From positions 32,001-96,000 of the IMG/VR virus record IMGVR_UViG_3300042520_002054: a stretch of DNA of 64,000 nt; one strand, 5' to 3'. Made by a program: the position numbers and the translations under genes. Below, piece by piece: positions 46,101-55,911 of the stretch (the stretch's first letter is position 1; every line of letters begins with the position of its first letter). The notes below the pieces were generated by a model, which worked only from the letters and a program-made list of their open reading frames with translations, searched no databases and had not been told where the DNA came from. This stretch comes from a virus.

Positions 46101-48644
46101 AATAAGCGTATAGTCAGGACTAGTTGTACCTAGCATTAGTGTAGGTCCATAGTTTCCTGTACTTCCTACTAATCGAGCTGTAGTATTATTACCATGTACA
46201 AAATCAATGTTTCCAGAAGATGTTGATAATGATAAAGTATTTGATGCATAAACACCACCCCTGTTCCAAGCAGCACCTAGTCTAACTTCTCCAGAGTAAC
46301 TTTCCGGATCATTTATAACAAGGTTTCTAGTACCTCCTAAATATGGAATATTGTTAGTGGATGTCCCAACATTAAAACCATCAACAGTATCTGCATCAAG
46401 TCCTGAACCAGAACCATCATTTCCAGCATGCCAAACAACATTACCATTATAAGACATGTTGCCAGTGTTAGGAATAATAAAATCTGTACCACCGGTTGTA
46501 GTAATACGCATTCTATTTCCAGACTGCATTCTAAACCAAGTGTCTGTACCATCATAGTTAATAAGAACACGACCTATATATGATGCTGCAAGGTTTGATG
46601 TACTATTAGGATCAACATAGTAAGAAGTATCATTAGAGTCGTAGAAAATAGGTGCTCTAAATGATGAGTTTGCCCAAGCATTACCAGACGCATCCCATCT
46701 AAGGTTCCAATCTACCATGGTGCCATAGTTACCGATACCTATTCTCCAATCATTAGAACCATAGTTACCTATAATACCCCAATAAGTACTTGCGTTATTA
46801 AAAGCAATATATGCATTAGAGTTATTCAATCCATCTAATTGAATACCACCAGCAACTTCCATAGATTTTCCAGCACTTCCGTCCCAGAAATATGTGTTAT
46901 TATTATAATCATAAAACACAGCAGCATACATACCTGCTGAAGTAATAACATTAGAACTTGTAGTATTACCTCTTCCTGTTACAGTGGCTAAAGTGTCTGA
47001 CTCTGATGTTATACCACCGCTAGGAATTGTAACTGAGTTACCTCCACTAATAGAAAGAGTTGAACCTGATATACTTAATGTTTGGTTATCAGAATCTGTT
47101 GTTCTATAACCTTGAGCTTGAACCCATGCACGAGTTGCTACAGGATTATTATTAATATAAATATCATTATCACCACTATTTCTGATAGGGAATCTTGCCC
47201 AAACTTCAGAATCCATAGTGGTTCCACTATGATCACGTATTGTATAATTTACACCTGCACAAGATGTCCATGCAGACATATTAATTGTATAAGTCTGAGA
47301 TCTACCCCCAGGACCATGCAAACGATAATGCGCACCACCAGATCCACCACCACGTAACCATACAACAACACCTTCACAGTGAGCAAGTTGCATACCTGCA
47401 ACCATTGTTGTGTATGTTTCACTAAATTCAATTACACGGATTGATTTATCATTACCACCCCATGCAATATCACCAGCCCATTCAAATGTAAATGTCAAAC
47501 CTCCCTGGTGAGAACCAGTTCCAATTGGGTCCCAAGGTGCAGTCCATGAATAACCACGGCTGACGGAATAACGTTGCATTCCGTGACCACCATTCCAGTT
47601 ATGAATAGTAACAGGGTAGTATTTGTTTTGATCACCATAAATATAGAAATCTACATAACTGTCTGTTACATAAGCTCTAGGTGCTGCATATGATGCCCAG
47701 TTACCTGTATTTAATGCAGAAGATATAGGTTGTGCCCATGATGAATAGTTACCACTATCAAGAATTGTATATTGAGTACCACCACCATAAGTACTTCTAT
47801 GTATATAACCAGTACCTTGACTCCAGAAAAGCTGCCAACCGTAATCATTATTATGGAATCCAGATTCATTTGAATTCATCATAAGATTGACATTACTTCC
47901 TGTAAATCTTATACCAGACCATCCATTTTTACTACTAGTAATTTGAAGTGTACCATAACTACCAGAGTTTGGTTGAAGATGAGTACCTACACCAGAACCT
48001 TCTAAATATAATGAACCAACATAATCTACCGACGCTCCATTCATATGTAAACTCTTATTATTATAAGAACGTACATATGAACTATCAGTCATATGCCAGC
48101 CACCAGCATATGATTCAAAATAAATACCTGTTGTACCATTAACACGAACCCAATCACCTCTAACATGTAATCCATTGTCAGCATATATTCTACCATCAGC
48201 TTCAATACTACCATCTGTAAATATGCTTGAAAATCTAGATGTAACGCTATTAGTAGTAAAGTTTAAATAAGTACCATCAAAGTACATACCTCTTCTTGAA
48301 CCCCAACTATTATCGCTACTTAATGACCAGAATCCATTATTTTCTCCCGCAATATAACATCCATCAACAAGAATACCCATTTGACTAGTATTTGGTAAAT
48401 CTCTACCAAATACAATCTCACCACCATTAACAGCATAACCACCCCAACGCGATCCAGGAAGTCCTGAACCATACCATCCGCCACCAATAGGAAGATATCT
48501 ATCATCGTGTGTATGAGAAGGTAAATCCGCTGATGTCATTGGTGAAGAAGATATGGTACCGTTAGCACTTGTACGTACCATACCCGCTCCGTGACTACTT
48601 AGTCTCAGAGAACCTGCAATTACCGTATTCTGTAAATTTGCCAT
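43167..48644 (-). CDS. long tail fibre with C-terminal S74-type intramolecular chaperone
   Basis: Gly/Asn/Ser/Tyr-rich repeats; AYSDRRKK...GVIAQEV...LLIEAIKE. Confidence 0.88.
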   Translation of the reverse strand: MANLQNTVIAGSLRLSSHGAGMVRTSANGTISSSPMTSADLPSHTHDDRYLPIGGGWYGSGLPGSRWGGYAVNGGEIVFGRDLPNTSQMGILVDGCYIAGENNGFWSLSSDNSWGSRRGMYFDGTYLNFTTNSVTSRFSSIFTDGSIEADGRIYADNGLHVRGDWVRVNGTTGIYFESYAGGWHMTDSSYVRSYNNKSLHMNGASVDYVGSLYLEGSGVGTHLQPNSGSYGTLQITSSKNGWSGIRFTGSNVNLMMNSNESGFHNNDYGWQLFWSQGTGYIHRSTYGGGTQYTILDSGNYSSWAQPISSALNTGNWASYAAPRAYVTDSYVDFYIYGDQNKYYPVTIHNWNGGHGMQRYSVSRGYSWTAPWDPIGTGSHQGGLTFTFEWAGDIAWGGNDKSIRVIEFSETYTTMVAGMQLAHCEGVVVWLRGGGSGGAHYRLHGPGGRSQTYTINMSAWTSCAGVNYTIRDHSGTTMDSEVWARFPIRNSGDNDIYINNNPVATRAWVQAQGYRTTDSDNQTLSISGSTLSISGGNSVTIPSGGITSESDTLATVTGRGNTTSSNVITSAGMYAAVFYDYNNNTYFWDGSAGKSMEVAGGIQLDGLNNSNAYIAFNNASTYWGIIGNYGSNDWRIGIGNYGTMVDWNLRWDASGNAWANSSFRAPIFYDSNDTSYYVDPNSTSNLAASYIGRVLINYDGTDTWFRMQSGNRMRITTTGGTDFIIPNTGNMSYNGNVVWHAGNDGSGSGLDADTVDGFNVGTSTNNIPYLGGTRNLVINDPESYSGEVRLGAAWNRGGVYASNTLSLSTSSGNIDFVHGNNTTARLVGSTGNYGPTLMLGTTSPDYTLIDGNIRPVVYLHGQYPVLTLNHTVTSNGSHGPTIQFTHHTADKQWVIGSNGSGTQLDIGYSTYTANRNPHNGIADYNGSTFFRIDNGGNIQLGRGNGRSTWVNDTLYVGANDSGDAHMYFGEDSSNWYGLHWYWDSGYTVYLYGRNAGSDTQIMRYVTNDNSYVHWTRHFHMNSYDINYVNQIYMETGGQGNYIYANNSGSYGSMRLTSTRNGWYGIYFDSGSTLMMNSNETGFYRQGYGWQWRWENGTAYVNKNSYGGGTSAAVLDSSNWTNYVTTLQGYSAYNLVEEARGVHSGSDFPNGTLVTTDIYADGWSGDSFVMEVSGKSYDSSNSPFKLIMQGYLYADTIINVSAMSYGSYFPGPVKVMRYNGNIAFWWPRGSYWNSFQVHVRDAGGSSWNRVTGISNSSEPNGDKKISITPIQVLHTSNASYAYNMNQNVRTSDGVTFANVSANDIYTTGGWFRNHTNNNGIYWSNTGWHIYPAGTGDLRMRADSSGTAALRMETSGGSVRGYFYANNSNEIGILSEDGNWVLRTWNRGQELYGTTFANDFRTYIIYDRNDTGYYLDMNSTSRLDAAHFNYLSVGQAINTSYRIITNGDYYANGGGNFWAEGRFKQYRGSGTWHDVIDSGNIGSQSVNYASSAAYASESYIVRSTNDYRHSNRSPDSWHGLANSWHFNDKDTVGMSGSDYWVSILTVVPWYGFAGSHRQQQLGFGGSAGLYHRYANDGSSWSGWSRIYSDSYRPYADSAGNADTVDGYHMNQAVTVNASPTFQEVYANGWLRTTGHQGHYNPTNSAHFYANDNSYGAWKITGSRNGWGGINLQDPSGFNHYYMHESGNGGLLTHDRWAWYWHRGNNSLALGDSTTSSSYKVYVTGSLYATGDIVAYSDRRKKTDIVTIEDALEKVKSMRGVFYTKIDESEKGRQVGVIAQEVNEILPEAVTYAADVDEYGVKYGNIVGLLIEAIKEQQKEIDQLKSKLV

Positions 48645-48647
48645 ATC

Positions 48648-51600
48648 TTATGCGTTCTTTTCTAGTTGGTTAACTTTATCTGTTAATTCTTGTACAGCTT
48701 TAATAAGGATAGCTGATAACCTTGTGTAGTTGACACCATCAGGATTACCGTCTTTGTCATACTTAACAACTTCCGGATAAAGTGCTGCCACATCTTCTGC
48801 TATAAGTCCAATCTCTTCGATACCGCTTCCTTTTTTATTATATCTTACAGGATTAAGTTTTGCAAAAGCTTCTGAAGAATATTCCAATGACTTAACGTTT
48901 TCCTTGTATCGAATAGATGAGTTTTCTGTGATAGTACCACCAGCAGTAAAGTTTCCATTGTTATCAAAGACAAATTCATTTGATGTATTAAATCCGAAAT
49001 CAATAACAACTCGATCAGAAGATCCTTCAGGTTTTCCAAAAAATGCCCAATCAAGATTTCCTTCTGTTTGCATCCTCAAACCAACCCAACTATTAGATGT
49101 TGTTTCTATAGAAACAAGAGCTGGATCAGAAGATTTAATTTTTAAAATACCATATCCACCTTGATGAGCACCATCAAGTGTTAAATAATTTGAAATTGTA
49201 TCACCTGATGTATTTACAAATCTAGAATCAGACTCTGACTCCGTATAGTATCTGTCATCGTGAGTATGACCAGTATTAGATTTTCCTGCAAGAGCTGTAC
49301 TTAACCAACCATTTGTTGTTGAGTAAAAGTCACCACCATTACTAAAGTAAAACTTATCACCATCACCATTTCTATGTAGACCTAATTGTCCGGCATCAGT
49401 AGTTACCCACCAGTATGCGCCAGTAGTAGAGTTATACCATGACTGAGCGTATCTGTCAGTGTTATATCTAAATGTTACACGAGCATAGTTATGTTGTTCG
49501 ATATATACATTGTAGTTAGAACCATCTAAGTATAACCAGTTACTAGTTCCATCAGCTCTTCTTAAGTAAAAATGACCTGCATCTAAATACATTCCTCCAC
49601 CGCTGTTAATCTGCATGTGGAGATTATTCCATGGATCTCTGAGGTTTAAGAAGTTACTACCTTTAGTAAATCTGTTATTATCAGTACCATCAGTAATAAG
49701 AATATTAGCATTAACTCTCAGAGCATGTGATGAGTACATTTGACCACCACTTTCATAAAAGTGCGGTCCTGAATCATAAAATAAACCAGTTCCATTAGCA
49801 GGATGAATCCAGTTATTTACATATAAGTAACCATTAGATGCATATTGTGCAATACGATCTCCTCCACCTGTAGCTGATCTTTCAAATCCATCAAGTAAAT
49901 CTGCATCAAGACCAGAACCTGCTCCGTCATTTCCTGAATGCCAAATAGTATTTCCTCTCCAGTATGCTGCTGATGCATTAACCTGGAAGTATAATTCGTT
50001 TATTGAACCATTGGTTCTGTAAAATCTAAAGTCACCGCTGTGCTGAATTAAAGAAGTTACATCTGTAACAGTAACATTACCTGCAGCATCATTAGGGATA
50101 CCACGAAGAATCATTCCATGGTAATTGTCAGCATATGCTATACGACCGTAACCTCCTTCATTAAATCTAAGTGGACCAGTCATTGTGTCTCCAGATGTAT
50201 TTACCCATACATCAGAAACTGAAGTAATGTAACCTTGACTCTGTACCCAACTTTGAGTTGCAACAAGGTTTCCGGTCATATAAATGTTACCAGAGCGTTC
50301 AACGCGGAATACTTCACTACTACCGGTTACACCTTGGAAAAGATAATATCCACTTGAAGAATCTTGCTGAATAGCTTTTATAATAGGTGTTCCCTGCGTA
50401 CTTGCAGAAAATGAAACCCATCCTGTAGCATTAACATTTGCAGACAAAGGAATATATAATCCAGCATGATTACCCCATCCGTAAGCTGTATTCCAATTGG
50501 AGATAGTAGTTGAAGTAAAGTTTTCAGATGTCCATATTTGTCTTGAATTCCAACTAGAACTATCAACATTTACATGGACATACATTGCACCATAGTAAGT
50601 TGCTTCAATTGCAATATTACCAACACTACCACCAGTGTCGTGAGAGACTATCACCTGACCACTGTGACCTGTATAATTTCTAGTATAAGTACCTGCTGCT
50701 AAATTATTTGCCCAACCAGTTGTATTTCCGACGTCTGAAGAAGTTCCTAGCCCACCTCTTGATAAAGAATACCTTGCATCTGATTCAGATTCAGTGTAAT
50801 ACCTGTCATCATGATTGTGAGAAGGAAGACTAGTAAGATATCCTTGAGCAGTTACCCAAGATTGTGTAGCAACATTAGCACCACCAATACGCAGATATCC
50901 ATTATGATCAAAACCTCCGTGTCCAACTGTCACAAGTGTATTGACATCTGTACCAGCACGATGTTGAATTGTATTACTAGTAGTATCATCAAATACAAGT
51001 GAACCTGTAAGACGAATTGCGCCTGCTACGTTGAATTTATAACTTGCATGTATATCACCAATACCTACTACTCCACGATCATCAGCAAGATATATATTAC
51101 CGTATTCAGAACGAATATGTAATCCTGTTTCATCACCTAAGCCTCTAATATAACCATTTGCTCCATCAGAATAAATAGTAACTCCATCCCAGTTATTTCC
51201 TGTATGTACTCTGAATGATCCGGCTACTTCAACTCTATCTCCAGTAGAAGGTACTACACCAAAACCTACGTTACCATCAAATACAACATTTTTATTAGCA
51301 TACCATCTAAATGTTGGTGTGTTATATGCTGATCCTAAATAACCATAAGTCATGGTATTATTACTACCATAACCACCAATTTGGAAAAGAGATGTTGTAT
51401 CGTATTCTTGAAAGTTTAATAATGTTCTTGCCCATCCACCACTAGAGTAATTGGGTTTTCTAAGTACTACATTATCACCATCAAGAATAGTGCTTGCCCA
51501 TCCTCCTTGAATTGTTAAAGCACCTGTCATTGTATCACCGCTGGTATTTACCCAGACGTCTGATACAGATGTTAAATATCCCTGAGACTGAACCCAGGTT

Positions 51601-53810
51601 TGGGTAGCTACTTGTGATCCATTTGTATATAGTCTACCGGCTGTATCAAGTGTTAATCTCTTAGTATAGTCACCTTTATATACAATTTGAAAATTACCTG
51701 ATGAATTACTATTGTCATCAGGTGCATCACAGAGTATCCAGTTTTCCCATTCAACACCTTCTCCAAATCCAGAATCAGACATTATAATGTGACCAACACC
51801 TGTAATGTTATCATTCTGCATTTGCAGTTGTCCAACTAACGCAATGCTACCTGATATAGTTGCGCCACCAGACAAATTCAAAGCTCCTGCAAATAGATTA
51901 TTCCATCTATATCCAGAAGTACCTAAAGATGCATTATTTGCTGTAGTTGTACTATTAGGAATAATTGCAGTTCCCTGAAAATGAAAATGGTTCTGATCAC
52001 CAGAAGGATTCAAATAAGCGTTACCTAATCTTAAACCACCTACCTGAATAATATTAGTAGTTGTAGCATTTCTATCTGTTACTGAATCTAATGTATCAGT
52101 TTCTGAATAAGATGTTAAGTAACCCGCACTTGCGTGGTTACCCCATGAATACGCTGTATTCCAGTTAGATACATTAGTAGATGTAAAGTCACCACTATGC
52201 CAGATTCTTCTAGAAGTATTCCATGTAGTATTATTACCAGAACGCAAATAAAAATCTTCAACTGCTGAAGATGCAGGACCTATAATTTGCCATGCAGCAT
52301 ATCCGTCATGCCATCCTTGAATAGTCATTGCTGACCACCAAGTACTACCTCCAGAGTTTAATCCTGGTATTTGGTTAGTAAATTCCCAACTTACACGGTA
52401 ATCATCATAGTCTGTAGGAGTTCTTTGACCACCACGAGTATCTTCAACAATACCTCTAAGTGTAGTTGTAGAAGAACCAGCACTGTTAGCATAGTTAACA
52501 CTCTGAGAACCAATATTACTTGTAGTAATAGCAGTAGACGCTGGCTGATATCCAGCTGTAGCGTGATTACCCCAAGAGTATGCAGTGTTCCAATTTGACT
52601 TTTCTGTAGTTGTAATTGACTTTACATGGGCTGGAACAGTGGGATCAGTTTCTGTAAAACTTGTTAAGTACCCTAACTGATTAAGATCAATATTACCATT
52701 AAATGCTGAACCTATACCTGTAAATTCAAGTATAGAACCAGTAAGTCTAACATTAGAAATATAACCATCCGCTGTAGAAATAGTCCAAGATCTGTTAGCT
52801 GACAAATCATAACTTACACCATTAATTGTGAGAGTGCGAGTTTGCGGAACTTTTGAAGCAATTGAGTTTGTTACAGTAGTAGCAAAATTAGGATCGTCTC
52901 CAAGTGCTGCTGCTAATTCATTAAGTGTATCAAGAGTTCCTGGGGCAGAGTCTACAAGATTTGCTACTTGTGTATTTACGTAAGTCTGTGTAGCATAACC
53001 ATTAAGAGCTGCTGCAGTAATGTATCCAGAATCATTAGTGAACATAGATATGTTACCACTAACATTCTGAAGATTTCTACCGTTAGTAATTACTTGTGTT
53101 CCACGGATAAAAAGACTTGAGTCTACAAGATCAAACTCAGTACCACCTCTAATGATAAGAGGGTATTTGTCATACGCTGCACCACGCCATTCTTGAACCC
53201 AGAATACGAATCTGTCATTTGTAGTTGCATTATCACGCAACTGAAAAACAAAATCAATTGTGTCAGAAGATGGTTGAATTGCATAGATTCTTGCACCATC
53301 ATTATTCAAGGTCCAATCAAATCCTTTTCCTGTTGTAGGAAATACTCCAGCTAAATCCTGGAAAATAAGATCAGCGTTGTTACCAAGTGTAACATTTCCA
53401 TTAAATGTAACAGGTGTACTTGTAGAAGCACCTCTAGAAGTTACTGTAGCAAGCGTGTCGCTTTCAGTAGGGATAATTGTAGACAAATCTACACTACCGC
53501 CAAAACCGTTACCTACACCTGTGAACTTTAAACTATTCCCAAGTAATTGAACATTGGAAACATAACTGTCAGAAGTAAGGTAACCCTGTGCTTGCACCCA
53601 TGCACGGGTAGCAATTGTATTTGTATCAATAGCAAGCGTAACATCACCAGTACCAGAATCAGCACCAGTGTAAGAAGAAATAGTAATTCCCGTAGAAGGG
53701 GTGACAATTAATTTACGGATGAGTGCTTTACCCGCTGCGGAAATATTAATATCCGAGCGTTCAATGCTACCATCAGCAATTTGTCTTCCTGTTATTTGTG
53801 TACTTGCCAT
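48648..53810 (-). CDS. long tail fibre with C-terminal S74-type chaperone
   Basis: APGTLDTLNELAAALGDDPNF, SSIRYKENV...GLIAEDV...LIKAVQEL. Confidence 0.88.
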   Translation of the reverse strand: MASTQITGRQIADGSIERSDINISAAGKALIRKLIVTPSTGITISSYTGADSGTGDVTLAIDTNTIATRAWVQAQGYLTSDSYVSNVQLLGNSLKFTGVGNGFGGSVDLSTIIPTESDTLATVTSRGASTSTPVTFNGNVTLGNNADLIFQDLAGVFPTTGKGFDWTLNNDGARIYAIQPSSDTIDFVFQLRDNATTNDRFVFWVQEWRGAAYDKYPLIIRGGTEFDLVDSSLFIRGTQVITNGRNLQNVSGNISMFTNDSGYITAAALNGYATQTYVNTQVANLVDSAPGTLDTLNELAAALGDDPNFATTVTNSIASKVPQTRTLTINGVSYDLSANRSWTISTADGYISNVRLTGSILEFTGIGSAFNGNIDLNQLGYLTSFTETDPTVPAHVKSITTTEKSNWNTAYSWGNHATAGYQPASTAITTSNIGSQSVNYANSAGSSTTTLRGIVEDTRGGQRTPTDYDDYRVSWEFTNQIPGLNSGGSTWWSAMTIQGWHDGYAAWQIIGPASSAVEDFYLRSGNNTTWNTSRRIWHSGDFTSTNVSNWNTAYSWGNHASAGYLTSYSETDTLDSVTDRNATTTNIIQVGGLRLGNAYLNPSGDQNHFHFQGTAIIPNSTTTANNASLGTSGYRWNNLFAGALNLSGGATISGSIALVGQLQMQNDNITGVGHIIMSDSGFGEGVEWENWILCDAPDDNSNSSGNFQIVYKGDYTKRLTLDTAGRLYTNGSQVATQTWVQSQGYLTSVSDVWVNTSGDTMTGALTIQGGWASTILDGDNVVLRKPNYSSGGWARTLLNFQEYDTTSLFQIGGYGSNNTMTYGYLGSAYNTPTFRWYANKNVVFDGNVGFGVVPSTGDRVEVAGSFRVHTGNNWDGVTIYSDGANGYIRGLGDETGLHIRSEYGNIYLADDRGVVGIGDIHASYKFNVAGAIRLTGSLVFDDTTSNTIQHRAGTDVNTLVTVGHGGFDHNGYLRIGGANVATQSWVTAQGYLTSLPSHNHDDRYYTESESDARYSLSRGGLGTSSDVGNTTGWANNLAAGTYTRNYTGHSGQVIVSHDTGGSVGNIAIEATYYGAMYVHVNVDSSSWNSRQIWTSENFTSTTISNWNTAYGWGNHAGLYIPLSANVNATGWVSFSASTQGTPIIKAIQQDSSSGYYLFQGVTGSSEVFRVERSGNIYMTGNLVATQSWVQSQGYITSVSDVWVNTSGDTMTGPLRFNEGGYGRIAYADNYHGMILRGIPNDAAGNVTVTDVTSLIQHSGDFRFYRTNGSINELYFQVNASAAYWRGNTIWHSGNDGAGSGLDADLLDGFERSATGGGDRIAQYASNGYLYVNNWIHPANGTGLFYDSGPHFYESGGQMYSSHALRVNANILITDGTDNNRFTKGSNFLNLRDPWNNLHMQINSGGGMYLDAGHFYLRRADGTSNWLYLDGSNYNVYIEQHNYARVTFRYNTDRYAQSWYNSTTGAYWWVTTDAGQLGLHRNGDGDKFYFSNGGDFYSTTNGWLSTALAGKSNTGHTHDDRYYTESESDSRFVNTSGDTISNYLTLDGAHQGGYGILKIKSSDPALVSIETTSNSWVGLRMQTEGNLDWAFFGKPEGSSDRVVIDFGFNTSNEFVFDNNGNFTAGGTITENSSIRYKENVKSLEYSSEAFAKLNPVRYNKKGSGIEEIGLIAEDVAALYPEVVKYDKDGNPDGVNYTRLSAILIKAVQELTDKVNQLEKNA

Positions 53811-53854
53811 CTTTGACCTTAAAATTAACTTTTGACTAAATCAGTCAGAAGCAA

Positions 53855-54421
53855 TTAGAGCTGTATCTTGTAATCTACAGTAATAAGATCTGACGCAAGT
53901 GGGGGGTCGTAGATTGTCAAGATATTAGCTCCAGATTCTGAATAATCATATCCAATGCCCTCAGTCATTCTGATACCATTTATATACAGTTTGGTGGAAC
54001 CGGATATGTAGGGCACTTGTGTTCTAAACACTTGGTTAATACCATTTCTGGTACCAATTATATTATAATCATAGTCTGTTTCGTCAACTACACTGGTTGC
54101 ATCAGAATATACAACACCTGTATGATCAACTTTTAAAGTACCTACTCCTAAAGAGCTTAGTACAAATTGACCTGTTACAGTATGACTACCTACTTGTAAG
54201 TGTCTTGTTGTTGTATTTCCGTTTGCTAAGACCTGATCAATATTAATTGTGACAGGTGCTGCGTCAATGTCGTCTAAAATTTGTGTAGAAGTACGATACT
54301 TGATTTCTCCAGAACCCGGCTCCACTACGGCAAACCTAGTTGCAGAAGCACTCAGATTACTAATCTGGTTGATCTGCAACTTACCACCTATGAAAACATC
54401 AGATTCAGTTCTTCTTGCCAT
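53855..54421 (-). CDS. virion or tail structural protein
   Basis: C-terminal LYINGIR..GYDY Ig-like module; sits in the fibre operon. Confidence 0.65.
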   Translation of the reverse strand: MARRTESDVFIGGKLQINQISNLSASATRFAVVEPGSGEIKYRTSTQILDDIDAAPVTINIDQVLANGNTTTRHLQVGSHTVTGQFVLSSLGVGTLKVDHTGVVYSDATSVVDETDYDYNIIGTRNGINQVFRTQVPYISGSTKLYINGIRMTEGIGYDYSESGANILTIYDPPLASDLITVDYKIQL

Positions 54422-54434
54422 TACAAGAATATTT

Positions 54435-55760
54435 TTAGATTACTACTACAGTAAATTCTCCCGGTGCTGGCGCATCTACAAAGCGCAAAAGAACCTGGTT
54501 TGCATTAATTAATACTACTTCACACTCAACTTGTTCTGAAGGTAGAGCTGTTGTATACAATTGAACAATTACATGCTCTTCCCCTTTATTGTGGTCAACA
54601 GTAAATGCTACGTTAGAACCATCACCAATAAGTCCAGTATGTTTAAGAGCTACACTGCTAACAGTTTGTACGTGACCAAAAGTGTCAAAAGTTAAATTTT
54701 GAATTACTCTTGTACTAGAGTTAGCTGTATTTGCTACACTAGAAGTATCTGCATGTTTAACTTCAAGAGTATTACTTGCGTCGTTATAAGTAACGACAAT
54801 ACCAACACCCGCTGTAATAGCACCTAACGCAGAGTCTTGAATAAACTCTACAGAAGCAGGATTAGTGCTAAGAATATCGTGATACTCAGAACCATCTTCA
54901 GTTAAAGTCCATTTGTCTGAAGCTTCATTCCAAAGGATTTGAACATTTGCTGCAGTACCTCTTTCAATTTCAATACCAGCATTTTCTGTTGGTGCTCCTG
55001 TAACATTGCTGTTCAACAACATAATGTTATCAGCAATTGTAACAGTTTCTGAGTTTACAGTAGTAACTGTACCATCTACTTGAAGGTTTCCAATTACACG
55101 GAGATTACCACCAACTTGGGTATTACCTGTAATGTTTGCAGTACTATTAACTTGTAAAGCACCATTAACTGTTGCTCCACCATCGGTAGATAAAGCACCT
55201 CTTACAGAAGCAGTAGTTCCATCATCATCAATAATTGAATCAACTACTTGCTGAGCAGCTCCGTCCCATTTAATTAATTTGTCAGGAGTTAGAGTATCTG
55301 CACCACGAAGTTTAACACTTGGTGTAGATCCTTCACCACCACTACCCAATACATCGATACCAGTATCAGAAGAAATTCCTGCTACATAATCACCTGTAGT
55401 ATCAGTTCCAAGAGCTACACTATTTGGTTGTACAGTAGCTTGAATTTCAAGTCTACCAGTAGTACTGTTATAAGCAGCTGTTCCTGCAACATCACCTACT
55501 AACGCAATGGAATTCAGAGACTTCTGAAGTTTAGCTAAAGAAGTAAGAACTGTATCAGTACTTACAATAGCAGTAGCTGTTGCTGGGATAGTTAAGTTTG
55601 TGAGAACTCTGTCAAGTACAAGGTCTCTCTGCACACCTGCAGAGTCCATAATTTTTGCAAATCCATCTTTGAGATAGATTTTCTTAAAGCCTGCTCCAGG
55701 TGACGAGGGTGTACCCTGAATTTCGGGTAACTGTACTGGAACTAGAAATTTTGATGCCAT
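54435..55760 (-). CDS. tail fibre or structural protein
   Basis: NSVALGTDTTGDYV, VDGTVTTVNS, AGIEIERG, WNEASDKW. Confidence 0.75.
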   Translation of the reverse strand: MASKFLVPVQLPEIQGTPSSPGAGFKKIYLKDGFAKIMDSAGVQRDLVLDRVLTNLTIPATATAIVSTDTVLTSLAKLQKSLNSIALVGDVAGTAAYNSTTGRLEIQATVQPNSVALGTDTTGDYVAGISSDTGIDVLGSGGEGSTPSVKLRGADTLTPDKLIKWDGAAQQVVDSIIDDDGTTASVRGALSTDGGATVNGALQVNSTANITGNTQVGGNLRVIGNLQVDGTVTTVNSETVTIADNIMLLNSNVTGAPTENAGIEIERGTAANVQILWNEASDKWTLTEDGSEYHDILSTNPASVEFIQDSALGAITAGVGIVVTYNDASNTLEVKHADTSSVANTANSSTRVIQNLTFDTFGHVQTVSSVALKHTGLIGDGSNVAFTVDHNKGEEHVIVQLYTTALPSEQVECEVVLINANQVLLRFVDAPAPGEFTVVVI

Positions 55761-55911
55761 AATATAAAAGATTTAGATTGTCGACAATAGATATCTTTCA
55801 GGAGGTATCTCCTAATAATAATATACCGAATTCCTGCGAAACTTCTATGAGAAGCTTTAACTTTTTAAGGCATAAGGGGATGATTGCTCATCCCACTTAT
55901 ACCCATCCGTA

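Noticed and set aside
43167-53810. Diversity-generating retroelement or shufflon acting on the fibres
   Set aside because: No reverse transcriptase, adenine-variable repeat pair or inverted cassettes seen. The only recombinase sits beside a tRNA-type attP.
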